The notes under the pieces are model-generated. The model was not told the origin of the DNA. It saw only the letters and a program-made list of their open reading frames with translations, and did no database searches. This document shows, piece after piece, positions 19,680 through 29,043 of a DNA stretch of 64,000 bases. Source of the stretch: an uncultured delta proteobacterium (GTDB lineage Bacteria; Desulfobacterota; Binatia; Binatales; Binataceae); contig CAVQEQ010000003.1 of assembly GCA_963711565.1 (NCBI GenBank), positions 1,376,001-1,440,000 on the forward strand, in the 5' to 3' direction. Both the position numbers and the translations under genes were made by a program. The number at the start of each line of letters is the position of its first letter. Position 1 is the first letter of the stretch.

Positions 19680-20894
19680 ATGGCCGAGCGGGCGGGTTCA
19701 CGCACCTATCTGCGACGGCTGCCGATTACCACGATTGCGGCCACGATCCTCGCGATCGCCGCGGCGCTCTCGGTCGCCCAACGCATGCGCGCCGTCGCGC
19801 ACCGTTACGACAACGTCGATTTCGTTTTCTACTACGGCTGGTGGACCGACTATTCGAGCGGCGGCGACCCGTGGGTGGTGCATAGCAAGTCCATCGAGAT
19901 GCGCCCCGGCGTCGTGCGTCCGCGTTATTGCAACAACACGCCGTTTTTCGTCGAGCTATTCTCACCGCTGGCCAGACTCGACCAGAAAGCCGCCTTCTGG
20001 ACCTGGCAGGCCGGGCAACTGCTATGCCTGGTGCTCGCCGTGCTGATGCTGGCGCGCGGGAACGATCCGCCGCTCGAGACCGCGGCGACGATTATCGTCC
20101 TTTCACTGCTGCTGCTATCGCGCCCGTTCGCCGGCACGCTCGTGGGCGCCGAAGTCACGCCGACGCTGCTGGTGCTGTTGGCGGCGTCATGGTTCTGCGC
20201 GAGGCGAGAGCGTCCGGCGCCCGCCGGTATGTGCCTCGCATTGGCGGCGCTGGTGAAGCTCTACCCCGTGACGGCCGGCGGCTATTTTTTATTTTCCCGC
20301 CGATGGCGTGCGCTCGGCTGGGCCATCGGATTCTTCGTGGCCGGCGTGCTGCTGACAAATCCCGCGCACTGGATCGAGCTCGCTACTCAAGAGATGCCAG
20401 TGTCCTATCGCAACGTCGCGCGCGCCGAACTCACCGTGCTCGCGTTTGTGCGGAAAATCGTCGCGCACTTCGCCGGCACGTTAACGATCGCGGCGCCGTT
20501 CTTCGCCGTCGTCGGATTCACCGCGCTCATCGACCTCGCGCTGATCGTGATTGCCGCGGCGTCGTCGCTCACCAGCCAACGGCGCGACGATCTCGACGGT
20601 CTCGTGTTCGGACTGTGGGTCGCGCTTGCGCTCCTGATGTCACCGCTCGCGTGGATTCCTGAAACGCTGCTGCTGCTGCCCGCGTACCTGTTCGGGACGC
20701 TCGCCGCGTGGAAAGGTTTCCAGCGACGCGAACCAGCCCGTCAGACCACGTTGATTGCGGGCAGCGTGATACTCGCCGGCTGCATGGTGACCGCATTGAT
20801 CAAAGCGGTGCCGCATCCGGGATTTCCGATGCTGCTGGCAGCGTACTTCGGCACCGCGCTGATCGTTCGGGCGCGGATGCAATCGGAGGCTTAG
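19680..20894 (+). CDS. GT-C membrane glycosyltransferase, GT87/DUF2029-like
   Basis: Multi-TM protein with 'DFVFYY', 'NNTPFF', 'AALVKLYP' and 'LLMSPLAW'; ATG 6 nt after the aminotransferase stop. Confidence 0.7.
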   Translation: MAERAGSRTYLRRLPITTIAATILAIAAALSVAQRMRAVAHRYDNVDFVFYYGWWTDYSSGGDPWVVHSKSIEMRPGVVRPRYCNNTPFFVELFSPLARLDQKAAFWTWQAGQLLCLVLAVLMLARGNDPPLETAATIIVLSLLLLSRPFAGTLVGAEVTPTLLVLLAASWFCARRERPAPAGMCLALAALVKLYPVTAGGYFLFSRRWRALGWAIGFFVAGVLLTNPAHWIELATQEMPVSYRNVARAELTVLAFVRKIVAHFAGTLTIAAPFFAVVGFTALIDLALIVIAAASSLTSQRRDDLDGLVFGLWVALALLMSPLAWIPETLLLLPAYLFGTLAAWKGFQRREPARQTTLIAGSVILAGCMVTALIKAVPHPGFPMLLAAYFGTALIVRARMQSEA

Positions 20895-21322
20895 GGCTTC
20901 CGCCACGGGGCGGGCAATTCTCCCGTGTCGAGCCATCGCACGTACTCGGCGAGAATCTCGGCGTGATCGAATGCGAGCGGAGTCGGCGGATTGCGCGGAT
21001 CGCACAGCGTGGCGTTCTTCGCGTCGTCGGCGCCGCGTGGCGCCCCGGATGCGCGCGCGACGTAAACCACTGTGATCGTCTGGCCGCGCGGATCGCGATC
21101 GGGCCGCGAATACACGCCGAGAATCGCGCGAAGCTCGACCTCGAGCGAGATTTCCTCGCGCGCCTCGCGCACCGCAGCCGCCTCGACGGTCTCGCCGAAA
21201 TCGACGAAGCCGCCGGGAATCGCCCATCCCAACGGAACATTGCGACGCTCGATCAAGACGACTTTATCGCCGACCTCGGCAATTACGTCGGCGGCTATCG
21301 GAGGGCATTTCGGCCGTGGCAT
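20891..21322 (-). CDS. NUDIX hydrolase
   Basis: Nudix box 'GGFVDFGETVEAAAVREAREE'; also 'RDPR' and 'AFDH'. Confidence 0.93.
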   Translation of the reverse strand: MPRPKCPPIAADVIAEVGDKVVLIERRNVPLGWAIPGGFVDFGETVEAAAVREAREEISLEVELRAILGVYSRPDRDPRGQTITVVYVARASGAPRGADDAKNATLCDPRNPPTPLAFDHAEILAEYVRWLDTGELPAPWRKP

Positions 21323-21350
21323 GATGCGATTCTAACATGGCGGTAACTTT

Positions 21351-22373
21351 ATGCAGGTAGCTCGGCTTTACGATTTCGGGGATATCCGCGTCGAGGAAAG
21401 CGCCCGACCCGCGGTCGGCGCCGGCGATATTCTGGTCCGCGCGAGCGCGTGCGGCATCTGCTCGGGCGACATCATGCCCTGGTATATCAAGCGCAAGGCG
21501 CCGCTCGTGCTGGGCCACGAGCCGGTCGGCATCGTCGAGCAGACCGGCCCCGCGGTGCGCGAATTCAAGCGCGGCGACCGCGTCTTCGTGCATCATCATG
21601 CGCCGTGCTTTCAATGCGCGGCATGCCGGCGCGGCGAGTATGTGCAGTGCGCGACCTGGCGCGCGACCAATATCGTGCCGGGCGGGATGGCGGAATTTTT
21701 TCTGGTGAGCGCGGCAAATCAGCGCGACACGCTGCGGCTGCCCGACTCGATCGCCGACGCCGACGGCGTGCTGATCGAGCCGGCGGCCTGCGTCGTCAAG
21801 TCGCTCAAGCGCTCGGGCCTGAAGGCCGGCGAGTCAATTCTGATTATCGGTCTTGGCATCATGGGCATGATGCACGTGAAGCTCGCGCGGCATCTCGGCG
21901 CCGGGACGATCATCGGCGCCGACCTGTTCCATTCACGCGCCCAACGCGCGATCGAGCTCGGCGCCGATCGCGGGATCGTCGTCGAAGGCGACAACCTGGT
22001 CGAGCAGGTGCGCGAAATCACCAATGGCGCGATGGCCGACGTTGTGATCGTCGGACCCGGCACGTCGAAGGCAATCGCCGCGGGAATCGCCGCCGCGGGC
22101 AAAGGCGCCACCGTCGTTCAGTTCACCGCGACGCCGCCCGACGACGAGTTGATCGTCAAGCCGCACGATCTCTATTTCAACGAGACCCGGCTCGTCCCCA
22201 GCTATTCATGCGGTCCCGACGAAACGCGCGAGGCGTTGTCGCTGGTCGAGCGCGGCGTAATCAATGCTCGTGAACTGGTGACGCATCGGTTTCCGCTGGC
22301 GCAAATAACCGAGGCATTCGCGACCGCGCAGAAGCCCGAATCGCTGAAAGTGATTGTCACGTTCGCGAGTTGA
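21351..22373 (+). CDS. Zinc-binding (MDR) alcohol/sugar dehydrogenase
   Basis: Motifs 'CGICSGD', 'GHE', CxxCxxC-x7-C and 'GLGIMG'. Confidence 0.92.
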   Translation: MQVARLYDFGDIRVEESARPAVGAGDILVRASACGICSGDIMPWYIKRKAPLVLGHEPVGIVEQTGPAVREFKRGDRVFVHHHAPCFQCAACRRGEYVQCATWRATNIVPGGMAEFFLVSAANQRDTLRLPDSIADADGVLIEPAACVVKSLKRSGLKAGESILIIGLGIMGMMHVKLARHLGAGTIIGADLFHSRAQRAIELGADRGIVVEGDNLVEQVREITNGAMADVVIVGPGTSKAIAAGIAAAGKGATVVQFTATPPDDELIVKPHDLYFNETRLVPSYSCGPDETREALSLVERGVINARELVTHRFPLAQITEAFATAQKPESLKVIVTFAS

Positions 22374-22485
22374 GGCCGGAAAACGCTGAAGCCGGAGCTG
22401 AATACTCAGACCGGCGGTGGACTGATAGACGAACGAGGGCGGCTGCCGATGCAACCGCCCTCGTTACTATCAAGCCTGAGCGAAA

Positions 22486-22890
22486 TTACGGAGTGGCAGG
22501 AGCCGGTGCCGGCGCCGCGCCGCTATCGGGTGCCGGCGCTGCGCCCGCGTCAGACGGTGCCGCTGCCGCCGCCGCATGGTGGTGATAATGATGATGCACC
22601 ATGTGAGGCGCGCCGGACATCGTCTTCGACGCGATCGCTTCCGCGCGATCCGCGGCCGCCTTCGCATCACTGGCCGCCTGCTCTACGCGGCTTGCCGCCG
22701 CCTGAGCCTCAGCCGCCGAAGCCGCCGATTTCTGCGCCGCCGCATCGGCACGCGCCGCAGCCTGGTCAGCTTGATTCGCCGCGTTAACGGCGCGCTGCGC
22801 TGGATCCGGCTCGTTCGACGAACATCCCGCGAGCAACGAAAGGGCCAACACAGCCCCGGCAAGACCGACCAGTTTTGAAGATTTTCTCAT
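22486..22890 (-). CDS. Alanine-zipper (Lpp/OprI-like) lipoprotein with a His-rich tail
   Basis: Lipobox LAG-C, Ala heptad coiled coil and 'HMVHHHYHHH'. Confidence 0.8.
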   Translation of the reverse strand: MRKSSKLVGLAGAVLALSLLAGCSSNEPDPAQRAVNAANQADQAAARADAAAQKSAASAAEAQAAASRVEQAASDAKAAADRAEAIASKTMSGAPHMVHHHYHHHAAAAAAPSDAGAAPAPDSGAAPAPAPATP

Positions 22891-23350
22891 TAACCCTTCC
22901 ATTTATTCCTCCTAAGGAATGCGCAAGAGCATTGCTAAGTGATTCACGGCCCCTGCATTAAGACTCTCAATTTGTCGCACAAACTCCCAGCCCTGTGCAA
23001 GCCTTTGTTGTGCGAGTTGCTACCGCAAATACTATTGACCCGAGTTGCTATTTGTATCTAGCGCGGCGCAATAGCATGTTCATGAAGACGCGATTAAAAC
23101 TCGCTAGTCAACCTGTTGCGCCGAATTCATTTACATCCACTCACAGTGGGGTATTCGGCCTCATTGCTAATCTTCTCGCGCTCGGCAGAGTCGTGTGTAG
23201 CTACTCATAACGGGTTACGATGTAACTATTGCGGGTGCGCGCGAACGACTATTCGATGCACTCGTCGTATGGTTCCCGATTGATCGCTCTTTTCGTCCCC
23301 GCCGGAACCATCTCGAACTGTTCCGTGATTGCCAATCTTGAGCTCTGCGA

Positions 23351-25041
23351 CTAGAAGTCGTCGCCGCCGAAGTCGTCCATTCCACCCATACCGCCCATGC
23401 CCCCCATTCCACCCATGCCGCCGCCCATTCCTCCGCCGCCAGGCATCGCCGGCATCGGCGCCGGCTTCTTCGGTGCTTCGGCCACGGCGGCCTCGGTCGT
23501 CAGCATCATCGACGCGGCGCTGGCTGCGTTCTCGAGTGCGGAACGCACGACCTTGGCAGGATCGAGTACGCCTGCTTTGACCAGATCCTCGTAAACTTCG
23601 GTGCCGGCATTGAAACCGAAATCGTTTTTGCCTTCGAGCACAGCGTTGAGAACGACCTCGGGCTCGTGACCGGCGTTGCGTGCGATCTGTCTGAGCGGTT
23701 CGGCCATCGCCGACGCTACGATTCCGGCGCGGCCTTCTGATTTTCGTTGAGTCTCATCGACTTCACGGCCGCGATTGCGCGCACCAGCGCGACGCCGCCA
23801 CCGGGTACGATTCCTTCCTCGACCGCGGCGCGGAGCGCATGCACGGCATCATCGACGCGCGCCTTTTTTTCTTTCAGCTCGACTTCGGTCGCCGCGCCAA
23901 CCTTGATCACGGCCACGCCGCCGGTGAGCTTCGCCAACCGCTCTTGTAACTTCTCGCGATCGTAGTCGGAGGTAGTCTCCTGAATCTGGCGGCGGATCAA
24001 TTCGATTCGCCCCTGGATCTCGGACTTCTTCCCCGCACCGCCGATAATCGTCGTATTGTCCTTGTCGATCAGAACTCGCTTGCACTTGCCGAGCGAGGTG
24101 ATCGCGATATTCTCGATCTTGGCGCCGAGTTCCTCGGCGATCAGAGTGCCGCCGGTCAGAACCGCCATGTCCTGCAGCATTTCCTTGCGTCGATCGCCGA
24201 AGCCGGGCGCTTTGACCGCCGCGACTTTGATCGTGCCGCGCAGCTTGTTCACGACCAGCGCGGCCAGCGCCTCGCTCTCGACGTCCTCTGCGATTATCAG
24301 CAACTGGCGGCCGGTCTGCACGACGCTTTCGAGCAGCGGCAGGATCTCGCGCAGGTTGGAGAGTTTCTTTTCGTGGAACAGGATCAGCGGCTCGTCGAGC
24401 ACGACCGTCAGCTTGTCCGCGTTAGTCACGAAGTACGGCGACAGGTAACCGCGATCGAAACGCATCCCTTCGACCAGGTCGAGCACCGTGTCGAGCCCGC
24501 GCGCCTCTTCGACGGTGATCACGCCTTCCTTGCCGACCTTGTCCATCGCGTCGGCAACAATTTTGCCAATCGACTTGTCGCCGTTGGCCGACACTGTCGC
24601 GACCTGCTCGAGGCGATCGCGCTCCTTAACCGGCCGCGACATCTCCTTGATAGTCGCCACCGCCTTGACCACCGCCGCTTCGATTCCGCGCCGCAGTTCC
24701 ATCGCGGGGAAGCCAGCCGCCAGCAGCTTGATCCCCTCGCGCACGATCGCTCCCGCCAGCACCGTCGCGGTGGTGGTGCCGTCGCCGGCGACGTCGGAGG
24801 TTTTCTGCGCGACCTCGCGAATCAGCTTCGCGCCCATGTTCTCGAAGCGGTTCTCGAGTTCGATTTCCTTGACTACGGTCACGCCGTCCTTGGTGACGGT
24901 CGGCGCGCCGAAACTCCGCTGGATCATGACGTTGCGGCCCCTGGGTCCCAAAGTTACGCGCGCGGCTTCCGCCACCAGCGTCGCGCCCTTTACGATTCCG
25001 ACTCGCGCCCTCTCGTGCAGCTCAACCGTTTTGGCCGGCAT
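23351..25041 (-). pseudogene. groEL: Chaperonin GroEL, frameshifted near 23730 as sequenced (probably intact)
   Basis: Motifs '[10 protein letters not shown]', '[11 protein letters not shown]' and 'EEGIVPGGG', plus a GGM tail. One missing G (GCC GGC GCC read as GCCGCGCC) joins the 441-aa and 118-aa ORFs into 563 aa. Confidence 0.92.
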
Positions 25042-25245
25042 GTGAATAAACTCCGTCTTGCTCTCTCGATTTGGATTCAGCCCGGCGCACCACCATATCG
25101 GCGGCTTGCAGGACCGCTATGAATTTAAACATCGCGCGGGGCGATGCAATAGGACAACGCTCCAACTGACGATCTTTATGAATTCCGCGGGGCGTGCAAG
25201 GATGTGCTTCGCAGCTGCCCGGATTTCCTGCGGAGGCTATTCAAC

Positions 25246-25674
25246 GTGAACCAAATTATCAAACGATTAGCGGGAATGCGCGCGGGCGCGACAACCGCAT
25301 TAATAGCGACAATCTGCGGCGCGTTCGCGATACTGCCGGCGTCGCAAGCGTCGGCGACGCTCCAACAGCATGCGCTTCAGTTCGCGGCCGATCCGGATTC
25401 AGAACCGCCGCCGGAACCCTCCGACGGGAGCGACGAGGACGACAAAGACGTTCCCACCAGCCAGGTTGACAAGTACATCAGCGTTTACGAAGCGATGCAG
25501 AAAGACCGCAACCTGACCGTTGACCAGGCCGCTCCTCAGCAAGGCCTCACGGTCGCGCAGTTTAGGGCACTCGAGAACAAAATCGAAGCCGACGACACCC
25601 TGCGCGAGCGCGTCCGCAAGGCGCTAAGGCACGCCGCGAACCCAAACCAGAAAGACGATTCGTCGGACGACTAG
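25246..25674 (+). CDS. Secreted helical protein (DUF4168-like)
   Basis: Signal-like N-terminus, acidic linker and 'QGLTVAQFRALENKIEADDTLRERV'; start is uncertain. Confidence 0.6.
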   Translation: MNQIIKRLAGMRAGATTALIATICGAFAILPASQASATLQQHALQFAADPDSEPPPEPSDGSDEDDKDVPTSQVDKYISVYEAMQKDRNLTVDQAAPQQGLTVAQFRALENKIEADDTLRERVRKALRHAANPNQKDDSSDD

Positions 25675-25714
25675 AGGGGCCGAGTCGGGGGAAGGGGAAA
25701 TCACTTGATTGAAT

Positions 25715-25772
25715 GTGAAACCCGCCGTGGGTTTCACTCTTCCCTGGGCAGGGGGTGACCCCTGCACCCGGG
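25715..25772. repeat. Structured intergenic element, copy A (similar copy at 54367-54411)
   Basis: Hairpins GTGAAACCC-GCCGT-GGGTTTCAC and GCAGGGG-GTGA-CCCCTGC; shares CCGCCGTGGG...TCCCTRGGCA...TGACCCCTRCACCCGG with copy B. Confidence 0.6.
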
Positions 25773-25903
25773 AATCTGAGAACTTCATTTCGGCGCACGC
25801 CGTCGGCTGTATCGCAAACGTGCTTTCGCGCGTACATCATGCAATGAATTCGAGTTGCGCGGTAAACATCTAGTTGCCTTCGGAGGTCGCCGCATCCTGA
25901 CCC

Positions 25904-28389
25904 GTGAAAACTCCATCAGTCATCCGTCGCGCAGTCCTTCTTTTCCTGATCGCTCTATTCGTCGCGTCGGCCGCCACCGTTTCCGCGCAAGTTGCGGAAT
26001 CCAGCCGCACTAGCGAACTCATTAACGGCCTGCAGAGCCCCGACCCGGTGCATCGCGAGAATGCTGCTAAAGCGGCGATGTGGACCAAGCCGCTGCCGCT
26101 CGCTCTCGTACCACATGTGCTCAACAGCTTCAGACTATGCGAAATCGACCCCAAGTCCCTTCAACCTGTCGGGCAACGAAGTAGGGAGACGCGCGCGTAC
26201 CTCGTCAGAGCGCTGGCGAATGCGGGAACGCCGGCGATCCCGCAACTCCAGCTTGCGCTGAATGATCCGGATGCTTCGGTTCGGTCCGGCGCGGTCGCTG
26301 CATTAGCCCAGATCGTGACAGCGCGTCCTCCTCCTCCGCCATCGTATCCGATTTTGATCAAGGCCCTGGCGAACACCCACGATGACGTCGTCGGATATGT
26401 CGAGAGTGCAATCACCAATCTGATGGGTGTTCAGGGAGTGCCGATGCTTCTGGATAGCCTCAACGACAGCAATCCACGGATTCGCAGCGGCAGCGCGGTG
26501 TCTCTGTCCTACATCCTGGGCCGGTATGGGGGCATCACCCATTTCGTGGGCGAAGTGGTTCAGGATAAGCCTGCTCAATTTGGCGGATGGTCGGCCCTTC
26601 TCCCACTGATGTTGTGCTTGTTGTCGCGAAGCGTTTGAACGATCTTGACCCGCGCTCTCGTCTTCGGATTATCGACAGCCTGACGGGGCTCGAGTCGTTC
26701 GCGGCTCCTGCAATCCCCTACGTCGTGCCCGCGCTTAAGGATAGCGACCCGAAAATCCGGATGTCCGCCGTAAATTTCTTCGGCAGGGTCGGGCCGGCCG
26801 CGAAGGTAGCCGTTCCCAATCTTGTCCAATCCCTCAACGATCCCGACGAATCTATACGCCTGAGGACGATGGATATCCTGGGGGCATTCGGACCTGCCAC
26901 CAAAGACGCGATACCTGCTTTGGATATCGCGATGAAGAGCGCCGACAGCGACACATCGGAACACGCCGCTATGGCGCTGGCGAGCATCGATCCCGGCGAT
27001 AAGGCCGCGCTGCCGATCGTGGTGCGTACTCTAAACGATGGGGGCGAGATGTACGACGCGACCGCAGCGCTAGGGAAGATGGGCAGCTACGCTCGGCCAG
27101 CAGTGCCGGCCATCGAGCATCTGCTCGCCACCGAGGACGTTTATGAGCGGCAAGCGGCGGTCATCGCACTCGCGCGAATCGAAGGCGGCGACGCGATACC
27201 CACTTTGGTGCGGACGATTAGCGGCGATACGGACGATTCCGTCCGGCTCAAGGCTGTCATCGCGCTGGGCGGGCTGGCCTCAACAGACAGTCATGCGATT
27301 GCAGCATTAGTCGGCGCCTTCAGCAACGACTCCGAGGATTTGAGAGAGGCTGCGAGCGATCAGCTCGGCAAACTCGGCGCGGCTGCGGTGCCTGCACTGA
27401 TCGCAGCCTTGAAGAGCCCGGATTTCTACCAGCGTGCGTGGTCCGTGCAGACACTCAGCCAAATCAAACCGCTACCCGGCGATGCCACGCACGCGCTGAC
27501 ACTCGCGCTCAGCGACAAGAGTGAGGTTGTCAGGACTGAAGCTGCCAACGCGCTCAAGGGCGACACGGTAAAGGCAAGTGGAGCCATCAGCGATCAGCAG
27601 CTCGAAGATGAAGAGTCTGAGCGGGATAATGGACCAGCGCAGGGGCTCGATGCGTTCATCGCCGGCACATCCACTTCAGATAGTCGGAGCTACACCAAGG
27701 CGGAAATTGTGGCCTCGATTCCGCCCGACGAAAATCACGAGAACCCGTACGAGTTGAAGTATTACCTGCCGATCACTCCCCTGGGCAGTCATACCGGGGC
27801 GGCAGAGTTCATCGTGACAATTCATTCTGCGCAGGATGCCGCGGATCGGTTGGCGGTTTGGAAGAAAACCGGCGACGAGAGGTATCAGCGGCTATTCGTC
27901 CAACAGGCTGACCGCGATGCAAGCTTCCTCGAACCCGACTTGTTCTCGTCGAGGGCGCTGGTGAAGGACCGGGAAAGGGATCGCTACGAGACTTATCTGT
28001 TTCTCGATCTGCCCATCGGACGCACCTGGGGAGACGGCGCGGGCGTCAACGACAACGTCTTCGTACTCGACCACGACCAGCTGCGGCCCGTCGCGATTGC
28101 AGATGCCGAGGAGGACTCGAAGCAGCTGCGAGACGGCGAGACCGTCTGGAATGGTGGGCTTGGCAATGCATTTTCGGACAATCGCCTGGAGTTCGGGTTT
28201 ACCATTTGGGAAGCCCGGGACTGTCACGCCTGCGCCTCCGGAGGGGAGGTCAACGGCACCTACAAAGTCGTCAAGGAAATGAGCTACGACGGCGGTAAAA
28301 AGGATTGGGTCGCGAGCTGGAAAATGTTGGTAGACACTTCCAAGCGAACAGGCGGGCCCAAGAGTAAAGGCTCGCGGGGACAAGAGTAA
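25904..28389 (+). pseudogene. Secreted HEAT/PBS-lyase-repeat protein, frameshifted near 26593 as sequenced
   Basis: Signal peptide and many 'L.D.D..VR..A..AL' repeats span both ORFs. Adding one base (TCG GGC CCT) fuses them into about 828 aa. Confidence 0.75.
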
Positions 28390-28427
28390 GCGGTGGCGAA
28401 TGGAGCTTGCTCCCTTCGCCACCGCTT
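28388..28427. terminator. Bidirectional terminator-like hairpin between convergent genes
   Basis: AAGCGGTGGCGAA-N14-TTCGCCACCGCTT, a perfect 13-bp outer stem. Confidence 0.65.
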
Positions 28428-28459
28428 TAACTAGCTTACTGCGTAACCGGTCTGGCCGA

Positions 28460-28741
28460 TTACTTCGTAACCGAGGTCGAGAACGCCGCTTCGAGGCGCG
28501 ACACTGCGTCGTTGGCGCGACGGACCGCATCCTCGGCGTCGGTAGCCGCAGCGTCAGACTGTGAAGCCGCTTGCGCAGCCTGGTTGGCCGAAGCTTCCGC
28601 CGCGTTCGCCGATGCATCCGCCTTGGTCGCATCCGCCTGTGCGCGATCGGTAGCGCTCTGAATCACCTGCATGTTGGGACCGCACGCGGTCACGAGCGCA
28701 GTCACGGCCACGACACCAAGTACCTTCAAGATTGTCTTCAT
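28460..28741 (-). CDS. Lpp/OprI-like alanine-zipper outer-membrane lipoprotein
   Basis: Lipobox VTA-C, Ala coiled coil and C-terminal Lys; strong RBS GGAGG. Confidence 0.82.
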   Translation of the reverse strand: MKTILKVLGVVAVTALVTACGPNMQVIQSATDRAQADATKADASANAAEASANQAAQAASQSDAAATDAEDAVRRANDAVSRLEAAFSTSVTK

Positions 28742-29043
28742 CCGAGCTTTCCTCCAGTGGTTCAAGTCAAAGAGACCAGTCCCCGTGTACTATTCAGTAG
28801 AGATACAACAGTCAGGGCTGGACGAGTAATCTCGCCAATAGTTGCAAAACCCGTTTGCGAACGCAAGGCGATAGAACCGCAATCGGGTTCTGTTCGGAAC
28901 ATCTCGCGCGCTACACTATTAGCTGACGTGAATCGAGCGTGATTGACAGACAAAACTTTCAGCAGTTATCGTTCGAGTCGGTCAAATCGAGAGACGCGGT
29001 GCGCTTTCCTGAAAAAATCATTTAACTGAGGTTCGGTTACGAG

